From: Spirochaetia bacterium
Lineage (GTDB): Bacteria > Spirochaetota > Spirochaetia > DSM-2461
Assembly (NCBI GenBank): GCA_963666985.2
Contig: CAXXIA010000002.1
Location: forward strand, 1,856,001 to 1,920,000
Length of the DNA stretch: 64,000 bases
Reading direction: 5' to 3'
Shown here: positions 1-10,696 of the stretch, one piece after another
Numbering within the stretch: the stretch's first letter is position 1
Layout of the letters: the number at the start of each line of letters is the position of its first letter
The notes under the pieces: generated by a model
The model's database searches: none
What the model saw: only the letters and a program-made list of their open reading frames with translations
What the model was told of the DNA's origin: nothing
Translations under genes and position numbers: made by a program

Positions 1-1154
1 GAGGGTATAAATGCAAATGTTTTCCGATCAATTTCTCCTAATCTTAAATTGTCAAACCAGACGGTAAAAGTCTCATCTTCATTTTCTCGAAGACCAACTT
101 GGTATCCAACAAAGACATAACTGACGAAAATCCTGTGTCGGTCTATGGTCACCGCCCCACGATTATTTATCATTCTCACCTCATATCCGGATGGATAAAT
201 CACCTGTGGAATCTGAGAAGGGAAGGGCCGTTTGGACTTTGTGTAAACACTTCCGGGAGTCTGCATTTTAAGAGCTTCATGAGGTCGAACACTGTTGAAC
301 TGATTTCTCCAGACATCAAAATGCGCCTGATGTTCAGAGAGGTTACCCTGAATCTGTCCCTGTAATTCCCGTTTGATATCGGCATGCATTCTCTCATGCC
401 CCCCGTTCTCACAAGGTCGTCCCGGAGTGATGCGATCAAGTTCGATTCCCAAGGCCAACCACCAAACACTTAAGCGTGTGAGCCCCAGCAGTCCCTTCAT
501 GGAGGCAAAGGGAGGTCCGTTGTCGGACCTAATGACTCTGGGCATTCCATAGATGGAAAAGAGCTTCTCAAACTCGGTTCTAACTTCTTGTGTGTCAGCC
601 TTTTGGAGTGCTTTGATGGTAAAGATGTATTTGGAAAACTCATCCCGAACGGTCAAAGGTTCACATCGTTCTCCCTCGGGAGTATACCACCAGCCTTTGA
701 AATCCACGGTCCAGATGTCATTCGGCTGCTTGGCTTGAAGACGGCTCTGGATTCGCTGAGATTTATTCTGCCGGCGTTTCTTTCGGTGCACTACCAGACC
801 TGCTTTATCCAGGATGCGTTTCACGGTGGTCAGACTTGGACTCTCCTGGTGGGGATGTGTCTTCTGGTAGATATCGAGGATTTTCTTTGGCCCCCATTTG
901 GTGTGTCGTGATTTGATTCGGACGATGTCGCAGATGACATTCTCCGGTGTCTGGTGAGGGCAGATACGAGGTTTCCTGGTTCTTTCATTCAGGCCGGCGA
1001 GCCCTTCCTGAATAAACCGGTTTTTCCATTTAAGGCCTGTCGGCCGGGAGATCCCGTACTCAGCACAGAGGTCTTTCATACAGACATGGGGATCCATGGC
1101 CTTGAGGGCGAACTCGAATTTGACGTCCATAATATTGGTCTCCTTCCACGGCAT
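1..1154 (-). CDS. IS481-family transposase (3' end outside window)
   Basis: MPWKETNIMDVKFEF start; rve core WTVDFKG...SDNGPPF...ENGGHER. Confidence 0.88.
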   Translation of the reverse strand, partial: MPWKETNIMDVKFEFALKAMDPHVCMKDLCAEYGISRPTGLKWKNRFIQEGLAGLNERTRKPRICPHQTPENVICDIVRIKSRHTKWGPKKILDIYQKTHPHQESPSLTTVKRILDKAGLVVHRKKRRQNKSQRIQSRLQAKQPNDIWTVDFKGWWYTPEGERCEPLTVRDEFSKYIFTIKALQKADTQEVRTEFEKLFSIYGMPRVIRSDNGPPFASMKGLLGLTRLSVWWLALGIELDRITPGRPCENGGHERMHADIKRELQGQIQGNLSEHQAHFDVWRNQFNSVRPHEALKMQTPGSVYTKSKRPFPSQIPQVIYPSGYEVRMINNRGAVTIDRHRIFVSYVFVGYQVGLRENEDETFTVWFDNLRLGEIDRKTFAFIP

Positions 1155-1253
1155 AATCAGCACCTCGATAAGGGAAAGTACTGATCATTTTAGTCCTTGT
1201 CGTGTAAAGGATGTCCTGGTACTCTCGTGTAAACGATGTCGTGGACCCGTACC
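1..1253 (-). mobile_element. IS481-family element, variant 2 (cut by window edge)
   Basis: Matches the copy at 21974-24548; ends ...GGACCCGTACC with repeated GTGTAAA(G/C)GATGTC motifs. Confidence 0.9.
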
Positions 1254-1263
1254 AGGTTCAATA

Positions 1264-3039
1264 GTGAAAGAAGTAGTAGCCACGGCCGCAATAACGAAAA
1301 TCCTTCAGAATCTTGAAAGAATTTATAAAGAAGTCAGCGAAGAATGGAAAGCACAAACAGGTGAAAAAATAAATAATTACTTAACTACGTTTCTTCAGAA
1401 GAACAGTGAAGTAAAAACAATTCTACATGGAAATCAACCCAAACCATTTTACGATGTATACTTCCCTCTGCGACTATCGTGTAAAGATAGAATAGTCCCA
1501 GATAAAAATGTTGAGAACATTTTCAAGATACGAAATACACTTATCGTTTCGGCTGAAGCTGGAAGTGGAAAAAGTATGCTTGCAAAGCATCTCTTCATAG
1601 ATGTAATTGAACGATGTTATGGAATTCCTTTTATTATTGAACTTCGATATTTAAACGAAACAGAAACAAAGTTAGAAGATTATATATTTGAACAGGTCTC
1701 AAAGCATGTAACAAGTTCAGAAAGAGTATATAAAAGATTGCTTGATAGGGGAGAATTCATTTTCTTTCTTGATGGATATGATGAAGTGAAAAAAGAGTTA
1801 AAGCAAAAAACAATAATGGGAATAAAAAACATAAATGAATTATACCCAAATATAAAATTGTTTATATCTTCACGACCATATACAAATATCGACATGCTTC
1901 AAAATTTTCAAACACTTGAAATTTGCCCTCTGGATGAAGAAGAAATAGTCGGATTTATAAAAAAACAAATTGACGATGAACAGCTAGCTTCTCAAATGTG
2001 CTCTTCAGTCAATGTTGCAAGAAAGTCGAAGATATCCAGCTTTTTACAAAATCCTTTATTATTAACTCTATATATACTGACATATCAAAACAGTTCAGAA
2101 ATCCCAGGTCAAGCATCTCTGTTTTATCGAAGAGTTATAAATGCTCTTTTTATCGAGCACGATAGCAAGACGAAATTTGGCTATCAAAGGGAAAGAGTCA
2201 GCAAAGTATCATATGATAGATTTGAAGACGTTATGAAGAAATTTTCAATCGTTTCTTTTTTTGACGACAAAATATCCTTTGACTATGAATATGCCCGTAA
2301 ATTAATAGGGCAAATAATCGACAATGATGAAAACTGTAATTTTACTTCTGAAGAATTGATAGAGGATCTTAAACTTGCTTTTTCTCTTTGGGTTGAAGAT
2401 TCGGGCTTTTATTCATTTGCTCATCGTTCAATCCAAGAGTATTTTGCTGCTTTATATATTCGCGATTTAGATGAAGAAAGCAAGCAATCTTTATATAGTC
2501 AGATAGTTGAAAAAATGGACAAATTCACAACCGACATGTACAATCTGTTGTCGATATTGAATGAAATTGATAATATTGCATATTTAAAATATTACCTTGT
2601 ACCAGTTATAAGTGAATATCATAGTTTTTTGACCGACAATCCTGATAATACCTCTTTTCTCTTTTCGATGTTTTCCTTTCATGACTATAAAAAGGAATCA
2701 GTAATTAGAACCTCAATTTCTCTGGCAGGATTCAAGTACTATTTTTTATTAGACAAAGAGAGATTTACTGGTCAAATATTTAAAATCATTGATGAAGAGG
2801 TTATAAAAAAGAATGGCTTTGGAGATTTAGTAAAAAACTCGCATAGAAAGAAACACTACTTGTCAGCTACGAATGTTAGTGAGAAAGGCAAAAAGTACTT
2901 GAATGAATTAGACACACTTTTTTCTGTTCGAAACGAGGTTGTAGCTTATTTGGATAATCTCAAGAAAACCTCAAATGAAGCAATTAGATTTGCTGAGAAG
3001 AAAAAGAGCCAAATTCTGAATCTAATAAAACCAGTGTAA
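1264..3039 (+). CDS. NACHT/STAND NTPase (NLR-like, candidate antiphage); 5' end possibly altered by the IS
   Basis: Walker A AEAGSGKS, Walker B FFLDGYDE, NPLLL, FAHRSIQEYFAA; ORF-track start lies inside the IS so GTG 1264 chosen. Confidence 0.85.
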   Translation: MKEVVATAAITKILQNLERIYKEVSEEWKAQTGEKINNYLTTFLQKNSEVKTILHGNQPKPFYDVYFPLRLSCKDRIVPDKNVENIFKIRNTLIVSAEAGSGKSMLAKHLFIDVIERCYGIPFIIELRYLNETETKLEDYIFEQVSKHVTSSERVYKRLLDRGEFIFFLDGYDEVKKELKQKTIMGIKNINELYPNIKLFISSRPYTNIDMLQNFQTLEICPLDEEEIVGFIKKQIDDEQLASQMCSSVNVARKSKISSFLQNPLLLTLYILTYQNSSEIPGQASLFYRRVINALFIEHDSKTKFGYQRERVSKVSYDRFEDVMKKFSIVSFFDDKISFDYEYARKLIGQIIDNDENCNFTSEELIEDLKLAFSLWVEDSGFYSFAHRSIQEYFAALYIRDLDEESKQSLYSQIVEKMDKFTTDMYNLLSILNEIDNIAYLKYYLVPVISEYHSFLTDNPDNTSFLFSMFSFHDYKKESVIRTSISLAGFKYYFLLDKERFTGQIFKIIDEEVIKKNGFGDLVKNSHRKKHYLSATNVSEKGKKYLNELDTLFSVRNEVVAYLDNLKKTSNEAIRFAEKKKSQILNLIKPV

Positions 3040-3051
3040 TAACCGTACTTC

Positions 3052-3325
3052 AATTAACAGCTGTTGATGCGCAGCGGCCGCTAATGAGATTAGCGGCCTT
3101 GGGCCGAGCGATGGTAGTCATATGAGAGTAGTTGGTTTTCGAAAAGATAAAATCAGATTGATACGGCTCGGCCAAATTTCGCTTTGGCAATGGCTCTTGC
3201 AGATGCAGTTCTCCAAGTGATGTGATACCATCAAAGGCAAACAAGGTATTGCTGTAAAACAGCAAGAGCACATGCCAACCGGCTACGCCGGCCGCGAAAC
3301 TTCGCATACCAGCGGAACGTTTAGC
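3052..3325 (+). repeat. attC-like site 1 (long form)
   Basis: AATTAAC-AGCTGTTGATGCG...CGCATACCAGCGGAAC-GTTTAGC. Confidence 0.9.
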
Positions 3326-3560
3326 GAAAAAATCCAGAAAGCCTTCTACCGCTTCGGCATCCCGGGGCGAATTTTGACAATATATTCTTATAGCGAAGTA
3401 ATTCCGGAGATCCATTTATTTCCATATTGTGCGGTGCTTAAAAATTTCAATTTGCTTGAGAAAAATAATTCTTTAATAGTCGATTTATTGGTTAACCACT
3501 TACTCAGAATGACTTGAGTAACAAAATCTGGGTGCTAGTACGGTTTCTCTGCGGAAGGGC

Positions 3561-4289
3561 TTAGTGAACTAATTTCTTTCGTCGTTCATCAAGGTCAGTT
3601 AAGGCTTTAGCTGAGATATACTTACTAAGTATTCGAATAATTCTTTTTTTCTTTGCACGAGGTAAATCTAGAATTAACAAAAATATGCTGTCGTATGCAT
3701 CTCGTCCATATTCAAAATCAAAAAGAATTTTCCGTGTATTGCGAATCGCTCGTCTTCTTGTTTTTCGCTTGTTTAGAAACGATAAGAGACCATATTTCCC
3801 GATATCATACAGGCCTGCGGCCAGGATTCCCATAGCAATCGTATTGAGAATTGAGAAGTAAGATCCATCATCACCACCACCCCAGCCAAATGGTGTTTTT
3901 CTTTGGAGATTAATCAGAGCTTGATAGTCACGCTCTTTCCCCTTTATAATTTCTTCACGAGCAGCCTCGAATCGTTGATCATAAAGCAGATGTTCAACGA
4001 TGTCGTCCTGTGGCATAAAGAACTGAGTTGTTACTCCAATTCTTTTTGAGAATTCCAAGAGCAAGAAACGCTTAGGTAATTCCCATACGGCTGCAGCGAA
4101 TTGTTCATATTCGGAATCCTGCTGATTTAGTGTTAGTTCGGATGGCTTATCACGATCAACCCGAATCTTGTATCTATTTCCATCGTACTTATAAACGTCA
4201 ACACGTTCTTTCATTGCAAGGTTGAAAAGGCTTTCTTTCCAATCATCTCCCAAAAGGTTTTGGAGCCTATATACTCTAGATTGATTCAT
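3561..4289 (-). CDS. Hypothetical protein with hydrophobic segment and basic C-terminus (antisense cassette cargo)
   Basis: 242 aa ORF with GAGGTG RBS; no family recognised. Confidence 0.7.
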   Translation of the reverse strand: MNQSRVYRLQNLLGDDWKESLFNLAMKERVDVYKYDGNRYKIRVDRDKPSELTLNQQDSEYEQFAAAVWELPKRFLLLEFSKRIGVTTQFFMPQDDIVEHLLYDQRFEAAREEIIKGKERDYQALINLQRKTPFGWGGGDDGSYFSILNTIAMGILAAGLYDIGKYGLLSFLNKRKTRRRAIRNTRKILFDFEYGRDAYDSIFLLILDLPRAKKKRIIRILSKYISAKALTDLDERRKKLVH

Positions 4290-4517
4290 GATTCACACCT
4301 CGTATCTTGCATTATGCTTAAATAGTAAACATCGCTAAAGAATTTCATAGCCCTTCATCAAATCAAATGCGTAGCAAAATATGATTCGTCCATTACAGGA
4401 TATAAAGAAACATGGAAAAGTTGTATGCAGTCTCGCAAGCTTCTAGGATTTCTTTAGCACCTGAAGCACGTCGTGCATCAGATGAAAGTTTTGATAGGGA
4501 TTTTGCTGGATTTTATC

Positions 4518-4733
4518 GCTAAACAGCTGTTGATGCGCTCCGGCCGCTAAAGGTGTTTAGCGGCCTCCGGGGCTCCGCCCAAATTTCGTTTTGGCATGGC
4601 GTCTTGCAGATGCGTTTCCGAAAGTGATGTGATACAGTCAAAGAGAAACACGGTTTTGCAGAAGAAGAGCAAGAGCGCATGCCAACCGGCTACGCCGGAC
4701 ACGAAACATTCGCATAACAGCGGACCGTTTGAT
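4518..4733 (+). repeat. attC-like site 2
   Basis: GCTAAAC...GTTTGAT. Confidence 0.9.
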
Positions 4734-4755
4734 GAACAACACAAAAGGGAATTAC

Positions 4756-5733
4756 ATGAGAAATATTGCTATCTTAGTCTTCGGTCTTTTAGTTTTTTTT
4801 AGTTGCACTACAACTGATTTGGGGAATATATCTAGTCGTAATGAGCAAAGTATAACACAAGAAGAAGCAACTGAAATAAATGTTGGTACATATTCTCCTT
4901 GTGAAGACTTCTTGATGAAAAATAGAATAGAGGGCTTAAGGATAGATAAAATTGAACGAGAAATTAACTATAATGGTAGAATTGATAATATTGATATCAC
5001 ATACAACTACAATTCAAATGGTAGAATTGAATCGATCTTTCGTCTGAATACATCTGGCGAATTGAGTTATTCAGTGAATGCTAATCTTTATTATTATTCC
5101 AACACAGATGAATTGGTTGGTTGGACAACTTTTAATATACTTGATGTTGATGAAAGAAATATAAATTTTGATAGCATATCAGATGAAGAATTACCGGTAA
5201 ATCTTCAATACATTATTACGGCTATAATAGATAGTAATTCAAGTGATGTAATTTACAATTTTAGCAAACTTAATGAGAATCATAACTGGACTAGACCAAT
5301 TAATAAAAATCAATTTTATCAACTAGACTATCATGTTTATTCAATTGAAGAAAATCAGAATGCTATCGAAGAAACAACGTTCTTGTTTAGAGACAATATT
5401 TACTCATATTCAATTCCAGTTCTTGCAGGAGAGAATAATTATGTTCCAGCAGAAATAGTAGAAATAAATTCTACAAGCAATTCTGAGCAAATAGTCAATA
5501 TACTTATAGGAGAGCAGTCCTACAACATTGAAAGATTAAGAAATAACGAAAATGAATTTGTATCAACTTGTAGAAATAGTAAAAACGAAGTTGTAATGAT
5601 AAGAATAAATGATTTTTTTGAAGAACAAAATATTCAAACAATTCGAACAGAGACAGCAGATGGAGTTTTTTCTATTACAGATACAATATTCTGGGACGAA
5701 GTTGATTCAAACTACTCGTTCTTTCCCTTCTAG
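4756..5733 (+). CDS. Putative lipoprotein
   Basis: Signal peptide with lipobox-like FFSC; fills cassette. Confidence 0.75.
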   Translation: MRNIAILVFGLLVFFSCTTTDLGNISSRNEQSITQEEATEINVGTYSPCEDFLMKNRIEGLRIDKIEREINYNGRIDNIDITYNYNSNGRIESIFRLNTSGELSYSVNANLYYYSNTDELVGWTTFNILDVDERNINFDSISDEELPVNLQYIITAIIDSNSSDVIYNFSKLNENHNWTRPINKNQFYQLDYHVYSIEENQNAIEETTFLFRDNIYSYSIPVLAGENNYVPAEIVEINSTSNSEQIVNILIGEQSYNIERLRNNENEFVSTCRNSKNEVVMIRINDFFEEQNIQTIRTETADGVFSITDTIFWDEVDSNYSFFPF

Positions 5734-5754
5734 CAATATAATTGAATGTTGTTC

Positions 5755-5965
5755 ATCAAACAGCTGTTGATGCGCTCCGGCGTCAACTAGCGTTGCCGCC
5801 TCCGGGGCTTCGCCCAAATTTCGTTTTGGCCATGGTTCTTGCAGATGCGTTCCTGGAAGTTGTGTGATAGGCTCAAATACGAACAGGCTTTCTGATGAAG
5901 TGCAAGAACACATGCCAACCGGCTGCGCCGGACACGAAACTTCGCATACCAGCGGAACGTTATTC
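5755..5965 (+). repeat. attC-like site 3
   Basis: ATCAAAC...GTTATTC. Confidence 0.9.
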
Positions 5966-6039
5966 GTAATTTCGAATTTTTTTAGAATCAGGCATCTAGC
6001 GACATGCTCAATATTTTTTATGCATAGTATACTTTACAC

Positions 6040-7101
6040 ATGGCAGACGCTCTTCAATTAAGAGAAATAACATCAGTTGATTATCACGATTATCCGTTAA
6101 TTCGCTATATGGGAAGTAAATACAAACTTTTAGATTGGATTTTTCAAGAAGTTACAGGAATAGACTATCTTTCAGTCCTAGATGCATTCTCTGGTTCTGG
6201 TGCAGTAGCTTATATGTTTAAGTCTTTGGGGAAAGCTGTTTATACAAATGATTTCCTTCATTTCCCGTATGTATTAGCTAAGGCAACGATTGAGAATGAA
6301 GATATATTTCTTTCGAACAGTGACGTATCGAATCTTCTGCAAAAGAACCCAGACGCAAGGTCTTTCATTCAAGATACTTTCACAGGTATTTTCTTTCAGA
6401 ATGAAGATTTGCAATTTTTAGATAACATTTTGGCAAACATTGAAAGACTCGATAACGATTATAAGAAAGCTGTAGCCAAAGCAAGCCTCATTCGATCTTG
6501 TGCGAAGAAGCAACCAAGAGGTGTTTTTACAATTTCTGGAAATCTAGATAATTATAACGACGGTCGTCGAGATTTAAAGCTATCTGTTCGAGAACATTTC
6601 ATTGAGCAAGTGGAAGTATACAATTCCGTTATTTTTGATAATGGGTTCCAGAACAAAGCATTTACAGGAGATATTTTCAGTTTTGATACGGATAAATATC
6701 CTGTAGACCTTGTGTATATGGACCCACCTTATATTCCTCGATCTGATGATAATTGTTACGTGAAGCGTTATCACTTTTTAGAAGGATTGTCGAAATATTG
6801 GGAAAATGAAGAAATCTTATTCAATACGAAAGTAAAAAAGATAAAGAAGAAATACACTCCATTCTCATACCGCAAAAAGGCTGTAGATGCGTTTGATCAG
6901 CTATTTAGCAAATTCCGTGATTCAAAGCTTGTTTTATCGTACTCTTCGAATGGGTATCCTGAACTTGAAGTCCTTACTGATTTAATGTCTAAGTACAAAA
7001 GAAGAGTAAGAGTTTCACAGAAAGAACATCGGTACCATTTCGGCAATCATGATAAAGTAAAGAGATCAGTTGTACAGGAATATTTAGTAATTGGCGAGTA
7101 G
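6040..7101 (+). CDS. N6-adenine DNA methyltransferase (D12/Dam-like) of a type II RM system
   Basis: RYMGSK, DAFSGSG, YMDPPY motifs. Confidence 0.92.
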   Translation: MADALQLREITSVDYHDYPLIRYMGSKYKLLDWIFQEVTGIDYLSVLDAFSGSGAVAYMFKSLGKAVYTNDFLHFPYVLAKATIENEDIFLSNSDVSNLLQKNPDARSFIQDTFTGIFFQNEDLQFLDNILANIERLDNDYKKAVAKASLIRSCAKKQPRGVFTISGNLDNYNDGRRDLKLSVREHFIEQVEVYNSVIFDNGFQNKAFTGDIFSFDTDKYPVDLVYMDPPYIPRSDDNCYVKRYHFLEGLSKYWENEEILFNTKVKKIKKKYTPFSYRKKAVDAFDQLFSKFRDSKLVLSYSSNGYPELEVLTDLMSKYKRRVRVSQKEHRYHFGNHDKVKRSVVQEYLVIGE

Positions 7102-7941
7102 ATGAAAAGAACAACACAATCTGTCGAATCATTACTTTCAAGTCTCTCTCATTTGGAAACTAGCTGGAAAGATGATGTCGCAGTAAAGACAATTGAGTTT
7201 CTTAATCGGATTCCCGAAAAAAGCGAGTTAAATAAGGATGAAATAATTCGTTTGTTGGATGAAGACTATGAAACAAGTATTACTGTTTTTCGACTTTTTC
7301 TGGAAATGTCCAAAGACGAGTTTACGTCACGGTTCAAAGAAGAAATTGGAGAAGCATTTAGGTTCGGTAAAACGGGATATATAGCGAACAAAGAACTTTT
7401 TGTATCAAAACTAGATCATTTTTTATTGCGAGAAAAAATTGTACAAACAGTTAATCGATCATACACCTGGAAAGATATTATAGAAGAACGGCTTAAATCA
7501 GGTAGAGGTAGTGCCATAAAAGGTCAAAAACGCGGACGAGATCTTGAGGATTTCTTTGAGAATATCGTGAGTTCAATTTTTACTGAATATGATTCTCGAT
7601 GTAGCTTTCGGGGTAAGAGCGGTAATACAACTGAAAAGGCCGACTTTGCTATACCAAATAAAAAAGATCCACATATCGTAATAGAAGTAAAAGGATATGG
7701 CGCAACAGGAAGCAAGCAGACAGACGTTATAGGCGATGTGACAAGGATTATAAATGAGAAGCGCCCAGATACAGTATTTCTGTTATTTACAGATGGAAAT
7801 ACATGGAAAGAACGGGTTAGCGATTTCAGAAAGCTAGTTGAGTTCCAGAATAATGGTGAGATCCAAAAGATATATACCAAATCTATGCAAGATGAGCTGA
7901 AGGTTGATTTAGCACAGCTAAAGATAGAATTGGGTCTCTGA
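7102..7941 (+). CDS. Type II restriction endonuclease, PD-(D/E)xK (DpnII-like)
   Basis: ADFAIP...IEVKGYGATGSKQ; abuts the methylase. Confidence 0.8.
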   Translation: MKRTTQSVESLLSSLSHLETSWKDDVAVKTIEFLNRIPEKSELNKDEIIRLLDEDYETSITVFRLFLEMSKDEFTSRFKEEIGEAFRFGKTGYIANKELFVSKLDHFLLREKIVQTVNRSYTWKDIIEERLKSGRGSAIKGQKRGRDLEDFFENIVSSIFTEYDSRCSFRGKSGNTTEKADFAIPNKKDPHIVIEVKGYGATGSKQTDVIGDVTRIINEKRPDTVFLLFTDGNTWKERVSDFRKLVEFQNNGEIQKIYTKSMQDELKVDLAQLKIELGL

Positions 7942-7952
7942 GACGAAACTAC

Positions 7953-8163
7953 GAATAACAGCTGTTGATGCGCTCCGGCGATAAGCGAGGCTTATCGCCT
8001 CCGGGCCTCCGGCCAAATTTCGTTTTGGCAATGGCTCTTGCAGATGCGTTTATGAAAGTTGTGTGATAGGCTCAAATGCGAACAGGCTTTCTGCTAAAAG
8101 CAAGAGCGCATGCCAACCGGCTTCGCCGGACACGAAACTTCGCATACCAGCGGACCGTTTCTT
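7953..8163 (+). repeat. attC-like site 4
   Basis: GAATAAC...GTTTCTT. Confidence 0.9.
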
Positions 8164-8251
8164 GAAATAGTATTGTAGAAAGGCGGGTCTTTTTGTCTCG
8201 GCATCCATGCCTCGACGTTGGTCTTCCAGAAGGCCTAAAAACAGTTAAAGT

Positions 8252-8485
8252 CTAAAGGCAATCTCCGCGTTCTCGGCCTTCTCTGATGATTTCAAGTATT
8301 TCCGAAGTGCTGACTGAAGCTTCAATTCCAGGAATATCAAAAGGAGATTTGGTGTCTTTCTCTGTCATTGGCACAATCTTGAACTTGCTACCATCCCTAC
8401 GTTTAATAACGACATCTTCCTTCAAAGCTGTATTCAGCATAGTGGAGAAATTTTGCCTTGCTTCCGAATAGTTGAAGACTTTCAT
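8252..8485 (-). CDS. Phd/YefM-family antitoxin
   Basis: YSEARQNFS...VVIKRRDG; overlaps PIN stop. Confidence 0.85.
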   Translation of the reverse strand: MKVFNYSEARQNFSTMLNTALKEDVVIKRRDGSKFKIVPMTEKDTKSPFDIPGIEASVSTSEILEIIREGRERGDCL

Positions 8486-8877
8486 GACACCTCCAAAATC
8501 TTCAGACCCAATTCCGCAGCGGCACCTCGCATTCGGGAATCAAGTGTCATCAACGGTTTTCCTAGCCGCATGGCGATATCGAGATAGTAAGCATCGTAGG
8601 CGTAGATGTTATTCTCAAGAGCGATGGAAAGCGCATTTTCAAGATTAATCTTTACCAGTCTGACAGGGATTCTGAGAAATTGTTCTAAGACCTCGTTGCA
8701 TTGAGAAAGTTCTAATCTTTTCCGTTTGTGCATAGCCGAGAGTGCATTACCAATTTCGAAAGGTAATACTTCCGGGGAAAGAAGTTCAGCATCGGAGGTC
8801 AAACTAATGATACGTTTCTTCTCGGGTTCATTCAGTAGAACAGAGAGGAATAAATTAGCATCAGCAACAATATTCAC
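8482..8877 (-). CDS. vapC: VapC/PIN toxin
   Basis: IVADAN...EIGNAL...AYDAYYL...LMTLD. Confidence 0.88.
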   Translation of the reverse strand: MNIVADANLFLSVLLNEPEKKRIISLTSDAELLSPEVLPFEIGNALSAMHKRKRLELSQCNEVLEQFLRIPVRLVKINLENALSIALENNIYAYDAYYLDIAMRLGKPLMTLDSRMRGAAAELGLKILEVS

Positions 8878-8883
8878 AAGTAC

Positions 8884-8912
8884 AATGTACTACAATTAAA
8901 AATTGAAATCAA
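8884..8912 (-). promoter_or_regulatory. Sigma70-like promoter of vapC-phd
   Basis: TTGATT-17 bp-TACATT immediately before the GTG start. Confidence 0.6.
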
Positions 8913-9001
8913 GAGATCGGGAAAAAAGGCTATCGCCTATACGGTCACGAAAGAACCTCATGTTCTTTCGTGAGAGGCCGGTCTACTAACAAAACAACTT
9001 C

Positions 9002-9272
9002 AAGAAACAGCTGTTGATGCGCGGCGGCCGCTAATGTGATTAGCGGCCTTGGGCCGAGCGATGGGTATTGGTTGAGAGTTAATGATTTCTGTAAAAGGGA
9101 AAAATCAAATTGAATCGGCTCGGCCAAATTTCGCTTTGGCTGCTTGTGTAGAGATGTTTTGGTTCGGAGTCTGTGGTAAGGTTAAAAAGCGAGCGGAGGT
9201 TCTGGGAATTGTGTTGGGCAGCCAACCGGCTTTGCCGGACGCGAAACTTCGCATAACAGCGGAACGTTTGAT
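9002..9272 (+). repeat. attC-like site 5 (long form)
   Basis: AAGAAAC...GTTTGAT. Confidence 0.9.
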
Positions 9273-9291
9273 GACAGAATTAATTTAGGAT

Positions 9292-10634
9292 TGAGCGACC
9301 AGGACATCCTTTACATTTTAGGTTCAGGACATCGTTTACACAAAACAAGCTTAAACGAAGCATTTGAATCCATCAACTGAAGGGAGAAAGGCATAGGTTT
9401 TCAAATCAATTTCTCCCAATCTGAGATTGTCAAACCATACGGTGAAGCTCTCATCCTCATTCTCCCGAAGTCCAACTTGGTATCCTGAAAAGACATAACT
9501 GACAAAGACTCTATGCCTGTCGATAGTAACGGCTCCCCGATTATTCACCATTCTCACCAGATACCCGGCCGGGTAGATCACCTGAGGGATTCGAGGAGGG
9601 AAAGGCCGATTGGACTTTGTGTAAATACTTCCGGGAGTCTGCATTTTGAGAGCTTCATGCGGACGAACACTGTTGAATTGATTTCTCCAAACATCAAAGT
9701 GTGCCTGATGTTCTGAGAGGTTCCCTTGAATCTGTCCCTGCAATTCGCGTTTGATATCGGCATGCATTCTTTCATGCCCTCCGTTTTCACAAGGCCTTCC
9801 TGGAGTGATGCGATCAAGTTCAATTCCCAAGGCCAGCCACCAAACACTTAAGCGGGTGAGTCCGAGTAATCCCTTCATGGAAGCAAAGGGTGGTCCGTTA
9901 TCGGAGCGGATTACCCGAGGGATTCCATAGAGAGAAAAGAGCTTTTCGAACTCTGTTCTAACTTCTTGTGTGTCAGCCTTTTGGAGAGCTTTGATGGTGA
10001 AGATGTATTTGGAGTATTCATCCCGAACCGTCAGAGGTTCACACTTTTCATTATCGGGAGTGTACCACCATCCTTTGAAGTCGACCGTCCAGATATCATT
10101 AGGGGCTTTGGCCTGCAGATGTGTTTGGATTCGGCTGCCTTTGGTCTGCTGCCGTTTCTTTCGATGATGAACCAGTCCTGCTTTATCAAGGATGCGTTTG
10201 ACGGTGGTGAGGCTTGGGGGATTATTATGAGGATGGGTCTTCTGGTAGATCTCGAGAATCTTTTTTGGCCCCCAGCTGGAGTTGTGCAACGTCTTGATCC
10301 GGATAATACCGCATATAACGTCTTCAGGCGTTTGGTTGGGGCTGCTGCGAGGTCTACGGGGTCGTTCCTTCAACCCGGCGAGCCCTTCCTGGATAAACCG
10401 GTTTTTCCATTTAAGGCCTGTCGGCCGGGAGATCCCGTACTCAGCACAGAGGTCTTTCATACAGACATGGGGATCCATGGCCTTGAGGGCGAACTCGAAT
10501 TTGACGTCCATAATATTGGTCTCCTTCCACGGCATAACCAGCACCTCGATAAGGGAAAGTGCTGATCATTTTAGTTCTTGTCGTGTAAAGGATGTCCTGG
10601 TACTCTCGTGTAAACGATGTCCTGAACCCGTACC
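9292..10634 (-). mobile_element. IS481-family element, variant 1 (no target duplication)
   Basis: TGAGCGACCAGGACATCC...GAACCCGTACC; same as 30129-31471. Confidence 0.92.
9351..10535 (-). CDS. IS481-family transposase
   Basis: HTH + rve DDE core. Confidence 0.92.
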   Translation of the reverse strand: MPWKETNIMDVKFEFALKAMDPHVCMKDLCAEYGISRPTGLKWKNRFIQEGLAGLKERPRRPRSSPNQTPEDVICGIIRIKTLHNSSWGPKKILEIYQKTHPHNNPPSLTTVKRILDKAGLVHHRKKRQQTKGSRIQTHLQAKAPNDIWTVDFKGWWYTPDNEKCEPLTVRDEYSKYIFTIKALQKADTQEVRTEFEKLFSLYGIPRVIRSDNGPPFASMKGLLGLTRLSVWWLALGIELDRITPGRPCENGGHERMHADIKRELQGQIQGNLSEHQAHFDVWRNQFNSVRPHEALKMQTPGSIYTKSNRPFPPRIPQVIYPAGYLVRMVNNRGAVTIDRHRVFVSYVFSGYQVGLRENEDESFTVWFDNLRLGEIDLKTYAFLPSVDGFKCFV

Positions 10635-10696
10635 GAATTTAGGCCTTAAGAGGATACTGAAGACATAATGCAAGGAGAAAGAATAGTATATTCCAT

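Noticed and set aside
99..1184. Antisense and alternate-frame ORFs inside IS481 (also in IS3 and IS21 copies)
   Set aside because: Shadows of transposase genes, repeated only because the IS is repeated
1096..1263. N-terminal extension of the NACHT ORF
   Set aside because: Lies inside the IS481 end; the same peptide recurs at 24391
3050..3517. Short ORFs across attC sites (MPTGYAGRETSHTSG-, -RSASTAV-, PKRNLG-type; recurring throughout)
   Set aside because: Translations of the attC repeat with variable frame and length and no RBS
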